A stretch of DNA of 64,000 nucleotides. It comes from Thermodesulfobacteriota bacterium (GTDB taxonomy: Bacteria > Desulfobacterota > BSN033 > UBA1163). The first letter of the stretch is position 1, and the number at the start of each line of letters is the position of its first letter. Below, one piece after another: positions 55,835 to 64,000 of the stretch. The notes beneath the pieces were generated by a model that saw only the letters and a list, made by a program, of their open reading frames with translations, ran no database searches and had not been told where the DNA came from. The position numbers and the translations under genes were made by a program. Location: assembly GCA_030017685.1 (NCBI GenBank), contig JASEHH010000006.1:3082-67081 (forward strand), given 5' to 3'.

Positions 55835-56559
55835 GCCTCTGTCCTCCCAGCAAAAAAATGTTCTGCTGAAGCATAGGCTTCAGGAGTGCCAATATCTAAA
55901 AAGAGTCCCTTGCTGAGATAGCCGTAAAGTCTCTGGCCGATCCAAGCGGAAAGCATCTCCTGTTCCAAAGAGACAGGTCTGTTGGCCGGAATGCTCAGCA
56001 ATAGCTGATGATGGATAAGATAGACGCCTGCGTTAATCCAGCCGGGTGTACCGTTGTCATTTTTTTCGGCAAATTGCGTCAGACGGCTATTCGCATCCAC
56101 GTTCACCCTGCCGTAACGATTCGTATTGGGGACTTCAGTTAAGAGGATCGTGGCGTTTGCATTTCGTGCCAGATGCCAGGACCAAAAAGCACTCAAGTCG
56201 ACTGAACAATAGGAATCACCGTTCATGACCAGTACGGTATCCGACTGAAACAAAGGGGATGCTAACCGGAGGGCACCGGCCGTACCCAAGGGTTCTGCTT
56301 CCTGGGAATAGACCAAATGGAGTCCGCGGTAAGTATCTCCAAACATAGCCCGGACTTCCTCACCCCGGTGGCCTGTGCACAAGACAACATACTGGAGTCC
56401 GCCAGCGGCTACCTGATCCAGTAGGTAAGCCAAAAAAGGTCGTCCACAAACCTCTGCCAGGACCTTTTGTTGGTCTCCGATCATGGAACGAAGTCGAGTT
56501 CCCAGGCCACCAGCGAGAATGGCTGCCGTAATATTGGATAGGTCTTTCATCCTCTTCAC
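55831..56559 (-). CDS. hddC: Heptose-1-phosphate guanylyltransferase-like nucleotidyltransferase
   Basis: ILAGGLGTRLR, EPLGTAGAL, NGDSY, INAGVY, FLDIGTPE; beside hddA/gmhAB. Confidence 0.85.
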   Translation of the reverse strand: MKRMKDLSNITAAILAGGLGTRLRSMIGDQQKVLAEVCGRPFLAYLLDQVAAGGLQYVVLCTGHRGEEVRAMFGDTYRGLHLVYSQEAEPLGTAGALRLASPLFQSDTVLVMNGDSYCSVDLSAFWSWHLARNANATILLTEVPNTNRYGRVNVDANSRLTQFAEKNDNGTPGWINAGVYLIHHQLLLSIPANRPVSLEQEMLSAWIGQRLYGYLSKGLFLDIGTPEAYASAEHFFAGRTEA

Positions 56560-57494
56560 ACGTTCTTAAAGGGACTGCGTCCCAGCATATGAAATCCCTT
56601 CAACAACTCTTTGATCCCATCGTCCAGAGAACGCCGAGCCTCAAAACCTGTTTTCCGCAACCGCTCACTCGAAACGATGTAATTACGTTTGTCCGGATCG
56701 TTACCCACTTCTGAGAAATGGATGTAAAAGTGAGGCACGTGTTCTTTGATCTTCAAGGCCAGTTCAGCCTTGGAAAGGTTGGCAACATCCAACCCTACGT
56801 TGTAGGGCCTCCCGATCATCTCCTCAGCATGTTCGATGCAATGAATAAAACAATCTGCCACATCACGAATGTGGACAAAATTTCGCTTGAAATCCTTCTC
56901 GAAAATGACAAGATAGCCCTCTGTGATGGCTACACAAACGAAATGGTTTACCAGAAGATCCAACCGCAAGCGAGGTGACATGCCGAAGACCGTTGCCAGA
57001 CGGAGACTGATCACATTAGGTCTCTCCAGTAGCTCGGCTTCAGCCTGTACTTTGGTCTGGCCATAGAGGGAGATCGGTTGCATAGGCGTTTCTTCAGTGC
57101 AATAGACATCCCCTGACTGGATGCCATAGCCGCTATTGGTGGTCGGGAAGATCACCAATTGGTTTGGGCTTCGAAGACGGTTCAGCATCTGTATTGCTTC
57201 CAGATTGACTGATCTTGCGAGTTGAGGATCTTGATCACAGGCTGGCGCCCCTACAACGGCTGCGAGAGGTATCAACACGTCCGCATCCTTCATAAGATCG
57301 CGCATTAACTTTTCGTTTCGGGCATCTCCCCACACAAATTCGAAATGGGGGTGGGAGCAGAGATGAAATAAACTCTGTTGGCCATACATCAGGTTATCAA
57401 TGGCAGTCACCTGATACCCGGCATTGAGAAGATGCTCACATAAAATTGAACCCAGGTAACCAGCACTACCTGTAATTAGGACGCAAGTCCTCAT
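56556..57494 (-). CDS. Extended SDR resembling C. jejuni Cj1427 GDP-heptose C4 dehydrogenase
   Basis: GSAGYLGS, LAAVVGAPAC, PTTNSGYG, PISLYGQTK, RLATVFGMSPRLRLDLLVN, DPDKRNY. Confidence 0.82.
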   Translation of the reverse strand: MRTCVLITGSAGYLGSILCEHLLNAGYQVTAIDNLMYGQQSLFHLCSHPHFEFVWGDARNEKLMRDLMKDADVLIPLAAVVGAPACDQDPQLARSVNLEAIQMLNRLRSPNQLVIFPTTNSGYGIQSGDVYCTEETPMQPISLYGQTKVQAEAELLERPNVISLRLATVFGMSPRLRLDLLVNHFVCVAITEGYLVIFEKDFKRNFVHIRDVADCFIHCIEHAEEMIGRPYNVGLDVANLSKAELALKIKEHVPHFYIHFSEVGNDPDKRNYIVSSERLRKTGFEARRSLDDGIKELLKGFHMLGRSPFKNV

Positions 57495-57505
57495 GGGTCC
57501 TCCTT

Positions 57506-57871
57506 CTACTCCTTAAAAAAGTTATAAACTTCAACCTTAACCACCTCAGCGACACGGTGTGCTAGGAGATCAATTTTGTTTGAACTTTCTCCTCTGTAGC
57601 CGTGATGGAGTTCTCTTTTAATATCCGACAAACTCATTCCTTTATTTCTTAAGTTTTTTATCTCTTCGATCACCATGATATTTTGATGGGTATATCGCCT
57701 CTGGCCGCCTTGAGTTTTTTCAGGAATAAAGAGGCCGTCAAACTCTTTCTCCCAGAAGCGTAAGGTATGCTTTGGAAGATGAAGCCTTTGGCTTGCTTCA
57801 GATATGGTTAGAAGCCGGTTATTTTCATACATAAATTTTATCTCCAACTGGTTATTCCCTTTGATACTCAT
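57506..57871 (-). CDS. MerR-type HTH protein lacking a large effector domain
   Basis: LTISEASQRLHLPKHTLRFWEKEF...GGQRRY...GMSLSDIK. Confidence 0.85.
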   Translation of the reverse strand: MSIKGNNQLEIKFMYENNRLLTISEASQRLHLPKHTLRFWEKEFDGLFIPEKTQGGQRRYTHQNIMVIEEIKNLRNKGMSLSDIKRELHHGYRGESSNKIDLLAHRVAEVVKVEVYNFFKE

Positions 57872-57911
57872 CGGATTTGTTCCATTAAACTTTAACTTTC
57901 ACTTGAACATC

Positions 57912-57927
57912 AGCAAAGGCTGTGCCA
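57912..57927 (-). promoter_or_regulatory. Sigma54 promoter of the glycosylation operon
   Basis: TGGCAC-AGCCT-TTGCT, consensus -24/-12. Confidence 0.75.
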
Positions 57928-58150
57928 AAGGTTAAAGAAATAAATTATTTAATGATTTCAAGACATTATTTTTAGATAACCAGAAGGGCAGGCAAGAATA
58001 TCCATCTATCGAAGGTTGAAGTTGAAAGTTTTGCCGGGCGGTTAAGAATTAGAAAGAATTTTTGCGGGGTTACAAATGAAATGCCCTGTATTTTTTAACC
58101 CGTTGATTTGTAAGGGTATTTTAAATAATTGATAAGGTATTAAAAAAACT

Positions 58151-58177
58151 TAAAGTTTTTTTATAATTAGACGATAA
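58151..58177 (+). promoter_or_regulatory. Sigma28 promoter of the flgM operon
   Basis: TAAAGTTT start, TAAA-N15-GACGATAA. Confidence 0.7.
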
Positions 58178-58204
58178 AGTAAGTGAAGAAATAAAGGACC
58201 GCTT

Positions 58205-58624
58205 ATGATCATCGGTGACTTCCATGTACAGCATATTTTAAAGGCTTACAGTCAGCAACTGTCTGTGCGATCCCGTATCTCAAAAGATAGGGTCAATAAG
58301 CAAGACGGCCAAAAGGATGAGGTCACTCTATCGAAGGAGAGTAAGAAGATGCTGGTCGTTGACAAAATTGCAAAAGAACTCATTGCGCAATTGACAAATG
58401 GCTCCCAGCGCAATGAGACCAGTCAGGCAATATTGAAGCGTTTAAGCCAGGAGTATGGACGGCCGCTCGATGTTGCTTCGGATGGCGGACAGGGGATTGC
58501 TTTCAAGGTTCTGGGTGAAACCGATGGCGGGGTCAAAGAGTATCTGGCTCCTGCCGAAAACAACCAGTTGGAAAAAAGGCTTTATGAGATGACGAAATCG
58601 TTCGTCAATGAACAACTCATTTGA
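58205..58624 (+). CDS. DVU0524-like FlgM-associated protein
   Basis: MIIGDFHVQHILKAYSQQL...DEVTLS; directly upstream of flgM. Confidence 0.75.
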   Translation: MIIGDFHVQHILKAYSQQLSVRSRISKDRVNKQDGQKDEVTLSKESKKMLVVDKIAKELIAQLTNGSQRNETSQAILKRLSQEYGRPLDVASDGGQGIAFKVLGETDGGVKEYLAPAENNQLEKRLYEMTKSFVNEQLI

Positions 58625-58644
58625 ATTTGAATAAGGAGAGAATA

Positions 58645-58959
58645 ATGAAAGTCTCTGACATCAACCAGAAGAACAACATGTTGCAGAATGTCGGCCAGGC
58701 CAATTCAACTCATCCTCCGGAGAAAAATCAAAAGCCCGGAGAAGCGGATGCGAAGACTGCCTCCGGAGACAGGGTGGAGTTTTCCACCCGCTCCAGAGAG
58801 ATGCAGAAAATCTATGAGGTCCTTCAGACGACTCCGGAAGTGAGATCGGATAAGGTCTCCGAGATTAAAAAGCGGATAGAGGATGGCCAGTATCGTGTGG
58901 ACAGTGAAACCCTCGCAGAAAAGATCATCAAAGAATCCATCCTCGATCTGATCAAATAG
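58645..58959 (+). CDS. flgM: Anti-sigma28 factor FlgM
   Basis: DRVEFS...PEVRSDKVSEIKKRIEDGQYRVDSETLAEKII; SD AAGGAG before ATG 58645. Confidence 0.92.
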   Translation: MKVSDINQKNNMLQNVGQANSTHPPEKNQKPGEADAKTASGDRVEFSTRSREMQKIYEVLQTTPEVRSDKVSEIKKRIEDGQYRVDSETLAEKIIKESILDLIK

Positions 58960-58983
58960 AACCACCTTTAAATCATCTGCCTG

Positions 58984-59022
58984 AAAACCCTGAAAGCTGA
59001 GAGTAAAGGCCTTCAGGGTTTT
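58984..59022. terminator. Possible bidirectional terminator between convergent flgM and fliW
   Basis: AAAACCCTGAA-N17-TTCAGGGTTTT, overlapping the fliW stop. Confidence 0.45.
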
Positions 59023-59462
59023 TTGTTTCCATGGATGGGGACCGTATGGCGGTGAGAGTAAGGACTGCGATAAAGGACGATCTGTTTTGCCAGTCTGTTG
59101 CGTAGATTGATCACGATGGGTCCGAGGAGATTGGCGGTAATTTCGGACTTTCCGTTTGACGGGTGAATACTCACCACCACCAGGGTCTGAATCCCCTCTG
59201 AAGCCCTGTCAAGTTCAAGCCCCTCCGCATCTTCCGGACTGATTTCGATGTCGTAATCGGGTTGAAACCAGAGGGGATCGGTCAGGACGAAGGCAAGGGA
59301 GTCATTTTCGACCGATTGAAACCAGAAGAAGGGTGATTCCTCGGCGTGCCTCAAAAGGACAAACCGCTTCTCTTCCGGAAACCCGATCATTCCGTTGAGC
59401 AGATGGATGACCTGTTTCTCTTCTATCTCAATCGTTCCGAAACGGCTGGTCGATACCTTCAA
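59013..59462 (-). CDS. fliW: Flagellar assembly factor FliW
   Basis: TSRFGTIEI...GMIGFPEEKRF...PFFWFQSV...TANLLGPIVIN. Confidence 0.93.
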   Translation of the reverse strand: MKVSTSRFGTIEIEEKQVIHLLNGMIGFPEEKRFVLLRHAEESPFFWFQSVENDSLAFVLTDPLWFQPDYDIEISPEDAEGLELDRASEGIQTLVVVSIHPSNGKSEITANLLGPIVINLRNRLAKQIVLYRSPYSHRHTVPIHGNKKP

Positions 59463-59469
59463 AGGGGGC

Positions 59470-59694
59470 TTACTCCTTTCCTTCTGTAATATTGTTCAGA
59501 TGGCTTAACCCGATCTGAGTGGCAAGCCGGTTCTCCTCCGCTATCTTCTGATAGACCTCCTCGCGATGGATGGGGGTGTCTCCCGGCGCCTCAATGCCCA
59601 GGCGGACCTGCTGTCCCCTGATCTCGATGACATGGACCTTGATCCTCTCTCCGATGACAATACGCTCACCCGCCTTGCGGGTCAGAATCAGCAT
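59470..59694 (-). CDS. csrA: Carbon storage regulator CsrA
   Basis: MLILTRKAGERIVIG...QVRLGIEAP...IHREEVY. Confidence 0.96.
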   Translation of the reverse strand: MLILTRKAGERIVIGERIKVHVIEIRGQQVRLGIEAPGDTPIHREEVYQKIAEENRLATQIGLSHLNNITEGKE

Positions 59695-59738
59695 GTCCAC
59701 CTTCCCTGGCGAAAATCTTGTAGCCGCACATCCTGTGA

Positions 59739-60632
59739 CTAACGAATATAATTGAGAATGGTCAGTTCCGCAATCCTCGTCGAGGAGAGGAGGGCGGCCT
59801 GGTAGGCCAGCTCTTTCTCCCTCAGTTCCACGACCACTCTCGCATAATCCGCATCCTCGATTTGAGAAAGTCGTTCCTTCAGGTTCAAATCCAGATAATT
59901 CAGGATCTCTCTCTTTCCTTCCAGTCGACTCGTTCTCGCTCCTACATCGGCAATCCCGTTATTGAAGTCGTCCTGAGCCCCTCTTAACTGGTCGATCTGT
60001 TGACCGATGGCGCTCCGGTCATTATCCTCGAGAGCTCTCTTCAGCCTACCCAGAGTATCAAAAATTCCGGAGTCCATCAAAACGGCCTGTCCGTTTTTCC
60101 CCACGGTCAACTCCTCTCCCTTGCCGATCAGGATTCTAAAATCATTGGCATCCCCGTCATACTGTGCAGTCTCAATCCCGCCAACCGTCACTTTCAAAAA
60201 AGGAGCCGTGCCTGTTCTGTAGCCCGAAAAGATGTAAGATCCTCCCAGTCTCGTGTTGCCCAGGGATATGGCCTGATCCAGGAGATGACCCACCTCTGTG
60301 GCCGCATAAGTCCTTGACTCACCGGACTGCGTATCGCTGGCCATCTGAATGGCGATCTCTTGCGCCCGGTCAACGAGCTGGAGGGTCTGGGAAAGGACCG
60401 ACTCGCTCATGTTTAACCATGACTCCCCCCTCTTCATATTGCGCTGATACTGCTCTAATTGTGAGAGGCTTGCCTTAAGGCCGAGCGAGTCGATGAGGGA
60501 GAGCGGATCATCCGACGGCCGATTCACATTTTTCCCAGAAGAGATCTTCTCGTTGATCCTCTTCAGATCGCCTGACAGCCGGAGGATCCTCTCTTGAATG
60601 CCTTGATAGAATGACCGCGTCGCTACTCTCAT
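59739..60632 (-). CDS. flgL: Hook-associated protein FlgL
   Basis: MRVATRSFY...SSGKNVNRPSDDP...YIFSGYRT...DADYA...YQAAL. Confidence 0.93.
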   Translation of the reverse strand: MRVATRSFYQGIQERILRLSGDLKRINEKISSGKNVNRPSDDPLSLIDSLGLKASLSQLEQYQRNMKRGESWLNMSESVLSQTLQLVDRAQEIAIQMASDTQSGESRTYAATEVGHLLDQAISLGNTRLGGSYIFSGYRTGTAPFLKVTVGGIETAQYDGDANDFRILIGKGEELTVGKNGQAVLMDSGIFDTLGRLKRALEDNDRSAIGQQIDQLRGAQDDFNNGIADVGARTSRLEGKREILNYLDLNLKERLSQIEDADYARVVVELREKELAYQAALLSSTRIAELTILNYIR

Positions 60633-60697
60633 CTTCCCTCCTCTATCTCATCTCCAACAGAAACCAAGAAAGATTTTTTCCTGAGTTCCTGGCTTCC

Positions 60698-62149
60698 TTA
60701 TCTCATCTCCAGTAGGGACTGCAACATCTCATCCGCGATTGCGACCAGTTTCGAGGCGGCCTCGTGGGCCCTCTGGACCTTCATCAGTTCGACCATCTCC
60801 TCATCCAGGTTTACTCCGGATACGGAATCCCTCAACTCCGAGAGGTGAGCGAGGAAGGCCTGGGTAAACTGTTGATTCTCGGCTGATTCGTCAGTCAGAA
60901 CACCGATCTCCCCTACCAGCATACGATAATAATCGTCAAGGGTTTCCGCCTGAAGCGTGCTCAAAATAGACGCCCCCCGTTGATCGAAATTCCATTTTCT
61001 GATTTGGATGGACCCATCGGTCTGAATCGACAGGATTCTCATCGCATTTTCATTATCACCCGGGGCGCCCGATACCCCACCTGCCGCAATATTGGCCGGG
61101 ATCCCTTTCACATCACTGCTCAATCTGATATAAGAAGCCGCTCCGGTAAAATCGCTGGCGTTGGGGGTGTCAGGGGCGGTCTTAAAATTTTCGAAGAAAT
61201 ACTTTCCGGTCTCTCCCGAAAGGGTATATCCCGCAAGGTGCAGGGTATTGACCTCTCTCATCAGGGTCCCTGCCAGTTCATCCAGATTGGCGATATATTC
61301 GGGAATGATTTCATCCCGGAGATCGAGCCATGCCCCGATCTTTCCGTTCTGGAGTTTCCGGCTGATATCGCTTGCAATACCATTCCAGTAGATCGCATTC
61401 CCGTCCTGGCTCAGTTCCCAGTAATATTTGCCGTCGACCAGGATCATCCCATCCTCGCTCATGACGGTCAGTGCGCCTTGCTGATCGGTCAGGTAAACAT
61501 TGCCCACCAGTTCGGAGAGCTGTTCAATATGATTTGCCCTCTGGTCTCTCAAATCATTGGCCGCCGTCTGGTCGGACTCCGCAAACACGATCTTTTCGTT
61601 TAACTCCGCAATCTGTTTGACCAGCCGGTTTACCTCCCGAATGGAGAGTTTGAGGTTGGTGTTCATCTCCCTTTTGATCTGATAGAGAGACTCGTTCATC
61701 GATTGAAATCGGCGCGTGAGGACCTCCCCTTTTGCGAGGAGGGCCGTCCTCTCCGAAAACCCGCCCGGGTTGCTGGCCACATCCTGCCAGGCATTCCAGA
61801 ATTCATTCATGGCCCGAACCAACCCCTGTTCATTCGTCTCATTAAAAATGGTCTCCATCTGAGAGAGGACAGATGCCTTCGTTTCATATTCTTTCAGAAT
61901 GGAGGTCTTCTGATGGATATTCCGGTTGATGAACTGATCCGTATATTGGACGACGGAGTCTGCCCTGACCCCCATTCCCACCTTCAACCGGTCAGCGAAA
62001 TAAGGGGGATTCGATTCAAGAATCATCCTCTGGCGGGTGTACCCCGGAGTGTTGACATTGGCGATATTGTGACTTGTCACGCTGATCGCCTTCTGGTTAG
62101 CAAGAAGGGCTCCCTTGGCAATGTCGATCACATTCCGGATGCCGCTCAT
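60698..62149 (-). CDS. flgK: Hook-associated protein FlgK
   Basis: SHNIANVNTPGYTRQ...NDLRDQR...SVSGVNLDEEMVELMKVQRAHEA. Confidence 0.95.
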   Translation of the reverse strand: MSGIRNVIDIAKGALLANQKAISVTSHNIANVNTPGYTRQRMILESNPPYFADRLKVGMGVRADSVVQYTDQFINRNIHQKTSILKEYETKASVLSQMETIFNETNEQGLVRAMNEFWNAWQDVASNPGGFSERTALLAKGEVLTRRFQSMNESLYQIKREMNTNLKLSIREVNRLVKQIAELNEKIVFAESDQTAANDLRDQRANHIEQLSELVGNVYLTDQQGALTVMSEDGMILVDGKYYWELSQDGNAIYWNGIASDISRKLQNGKIGAWLDLRDEIIPEYIANLDELAGTLMREVNTLHLAGYTLSGETGKYFFENFKTAPDTPNASDFTGAASYIRLSSDVKGIPANIAAGGVSGAPGDNENAMRILSIQTDGSIQIRKWNFDQRGASILSTLQAETLDDYYRMLVGEIGVLTDESAENQQFTQAFLAHLSELRDSVSGVNLDEEMVELMKVQRAHEAASKLVAIADEMLQSLLEMR

Positions 62150-62151
62150 GT

Positions 62152-62658
62152 TCAAACCTCCCGATTCAACGCATAGGATGAAGAAGCAGATGGGCTTTTA
62201 TGGCCCGGATAACCCGTCGACTCGCTCCACCGGCCGATCAGAGGAGAGATCAGCTCTGAAAGAAAAGCCATATACTCCCGTATGAAGGTGGTGTTCTGAT
62301 CGTTAATCTGTCCGGCCCATGCCTTGAGCTGGTTAAGCGTCTTCTGATACGAGGAGAGACGGGTCTGATAAGTGGGGGGCAGAAGGGACGAGAGACACGA
62401 AAGCGTCCGGTCCCTTTCTCCCTTTCCCAGACCATTGAGGATCGTTTCGCTCGTTCTCCGGATCTCCTCCTCGATGATCCGGATCGTTTTGATGCGCTCC
62501 TCGATCGATCTCACCGATTTCATCAGAGAATCGGTGTCCCCTTCCCTCAACCATTTCGACTCTATCTTCATCTCTTTGATCAACCGGTGGTAGTTCGACG
62601 CCTCCTGTTCAAACAGTTGATATAAGAGATCCATATCTTCTTTCCAATCCTTCATCAT
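62152..62658 (-). CDS. flgN: Flagellar export chaperone FlgN
   Basis: Helical, upstream of flgK, INDQN motif, C-terminal LNREV. Confidence 0.8.
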   Translation of the reverse strand: MMKDWKEDMDLLYQLFEQEASNYHRLIKEMKIESKWLREGDTDSLMKSVRSIEERIKTIRIIEEEIRRTSETILNGLGKGERDRTLSCLSSLLPPTYQTRLSSYQKTLNQLKAWAGQINDQNTTFIREYMAFLSELISPLIGRWSESTGYPGHKSPSASSSYALNREV

Positions 62659-63029
62659 TCCTCCACTCCTCCTTTCCTCAAAGGGTCCCGGGAGATATCG
62701 GCCTTTTTCATCTCAAAAGAGGCGTTTTCGCCTGCCTTTTTCTCCATCTGACGAAGGAGCATCTTTCCCAGACCCAGCCCGCCGCTTTTTGAAATATTCT
62801 TGCTGATCTCTTCATCAAAGAGGGCCTGAAAGATATTTCTCTCCTTGCCCTCAGCCATGAATCCTGTTCGGGGAATGGTCTGCCGCATCGTTTTCATCAT
62901 CTGATGGATTAAGATCGATTCGAACTCCTGACAGGCCTTCTCAAGCCTCTTCTCGTCGATCCGTCCATGGCCCTGGATTTTCGAGGAGTTCCAAGACTCC
63001 GGCCGCTCCCTTACCTCATTTATCGGCAT
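62655..63029 (-). CDS. flgJ: FlgJ rod-binding domain (no muramidase domain)
   Basis: LEKACQEFESILIHQMMKTMR...FDEEISKNIS...GLGLGKML. Confidence 0.88.
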   Translation of the reverse strand: MPINEVRERPESWNSSKIQGHGRIDEKRLEKACQEFESILIHQMMKTMRQTIPRTGFMAEGKERNIFQALFDEEISKNISKSGGLGLGKMLLRQMEKKAGENASFEMKKADISRDPLRKGGVEE

Positions 63030-63088
63030 TTTCCGCCCTCTCCCTTAATCTTTATAGAGAGATCTAAAAAGCTGTTACACGCTCTCTT

Positions 63089-63160
63089 GATTACACAGAT
63101 TTTCCTGTTTTTTCAATGTATTTCGTATCTGTGTAATCGGTCTCTAATCGATGTAATCAG
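63089..63160. repeat. GATTACACAGATT / ATCTGTGTAATC inverted repeat element
   Basis: Imperfect IR between flgI and flgJ; family shared with 5089 and 13157. Confidence 0.5.
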
Positions 63161-63187
63161 AGATTTCTGGACTTTTTCAGAAATATC

Positions 63188-64000
63188 TTATAGTATCTCC
63201 AGGTCCGCCTGAAGGGCCCCCGCGGCCTTGATACTCTGCAGGATGGAGATGAGGTCCCGGGGGGTGGCTCCGATGGCATTGAGCGCCCGGATCACCTCTC
63301 CAAGGCTCACTCCCCCTGCCACAATCACCAGCGCCTGCCCTTCCTCCTTGACCGTCACACTCGATTCGGGTGTCACCACGGTTGACCCTCCCGGAGCCAC
63401 AACCGTCCCGCTGCCCGGAGGGACAATGGTCGTTCCCGTTCCTTTGGGCGGAGGCGGTGCAAAAGGAAGGGGCTGCGAAACATTTGAACCCTCCTTGATC
63501 TGGATGTTGAGATTACCGTGGGCCACTGCGACGGTTGAAATACGCACATTTTCTCCCAGGACGATTGTCCCTGTCTTCTCATTGATGATGACCTTGGCCA
63601 CTGAATCCGGAACGACTTCCACCTTCTCGAGTGATGCGATCAATTCCGTTATCCGCTCCTGATAGGTATCCGGAACGGTGATGGAAAGGGTTCCCGAATC
63701 GAGACAGGTTGAATAAGAACCGTTCAGAGAACGGTTGATTGCCTCTTTCGTCTTTTCAGCCGTTGAAAAATCGGGGTTAAAGAGGGTGAGGAAGAGTTCC
63801 TTCTTCCCGTTGAGATTCACCGGCACCTCTCTCTCGATGAGCGCGCCCTTTGTGATCATTCCCACGGTGGGATGATTTTTCTGAACGCCTCCGCCGGCCG
63901 CCCCTCCGGCGGCAAATCCACCGGTGAGAATCGGACCCTGGGCCAGGGCATAGACCTGTTGATCCACTCCCCTGAGAGGGGTCAGAAGCAGTGTTCCTCC
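63188..64000 (-). CDS. flgI: Flagellar P-ring protein FlgI (5' part outside window)
   Basis: GGTLLLTPLRG...YALAQG...AKVIINEKTGTIV...VAVAHGNL...ALNAIGATPRDLISILQSIKAAGALQADL. Confidence 0.95.
   Translation of the reverse strand, partial: GGTLLLTPLRGVDQQVYALAQGPILTGGFAAGGAAGGGVQKNHPTVGMITKGALIEREVPVNLNGKKELFLTLFNPDFSTAEKTKEAINRSLNGSYSTCLDSGTLSITVPDTYQERITELIASLEKVEVVPDSVAKVIINEKTGTIVLGENVRISTVAVAHGNLNIQIKEGSNVSQPLPFAPPPPKGTGTTIVPPGSGTVVAPGGSTVVTPESSVTVKEEGQALVIVAGGVSLGEVIRALNAIGATPRDLISILQSIKAAGALQADLEIL

Noticed and set aside
35465-57871. Pseudaminic/legionaminic acid pathway with a Maf transferase
   Set aside because: No NeuB/PseI synthase, CMP-transferase or Maf-like ORF is recognisable; the genes point to GDP-heptose.
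63020-63047. Perfect GCCGATAA sigma28 -10 box upstream of flgJ
   Set aside because: It coincides with the ATG-CCG-ATA start codons, has an SD upstream, and there is no alternative in-frame start; probably coincidental.
440-63662. Many antisense and alternate-frame ORFs in the track (e.g. 9726-10817, 21711-22412, 51744-52496, 60980-61603)
   Set aside because: They lie within well-supported genes, are typical shadows of GC-rich coding DNA, and show no recognisable motifs.
1-64000. CRISPR arrays, tRNA, rRNA, transposase, integrase or prophage genes
   Set aside because: The repeats are dispersed palindromes without regular unique spacers; no RNA-gene signatures or recombinase ORFs were seen.

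Overview
Flagellar, chemotaxis and signalling region, most likely from a Desulfobacterota/deltaproteobacterial genome (inferred from gene content, not from a marker gene). Left to right: two near-duplicate cheW-MCP cassettes; a PIN-toxin/antitoxin pair broken by a 132-bp MITE; about 12 kb of hybrid histidine kinases, Hpt, HDOD and EAL-HDOD genes; glgP; a CheA carrying a tandem MshEN-type c-di-GMP-binding motif; flbD-motA-motB; fliC-flaG-fliD-fliS; a ~22 kb minus-strand sugar-modification operon (57871 to 35465) directly upstream of fliC; flgM, fliW-csrA; and flgL-flgK-flgN-flgJ-flgI(partial). The most novel-looking system is the sigma54-type, MerR-led glycosylation operon. It encodes a full GDP-heptose pathway, a Cj1427-like C4 dehydrogenase, a DegT-fold enzyme with His replacing the catalytic Lys (ColD/E1-type C3 dehydratase), an Fcl-like reductase, a ThDP E1 alpha/beta pair, two B12 radical SAM enzymes, and a 2270-aa protein fusing four glycosyltransferase domains with a methyltransferase, a radical SAM/SPASM domain and TPRs. 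Together these suggest an unusual deoxy, branched, methylated heptose glycan on flagellin (inference). Intergenic DNA is crowded with nested miniature palindromic elements, including a 20-bp palindrome that inserts without target duplication. No rRNA, tRNA or CRISPR array was seen. All family assignments come from motif recognition by eye; no database searches were run.
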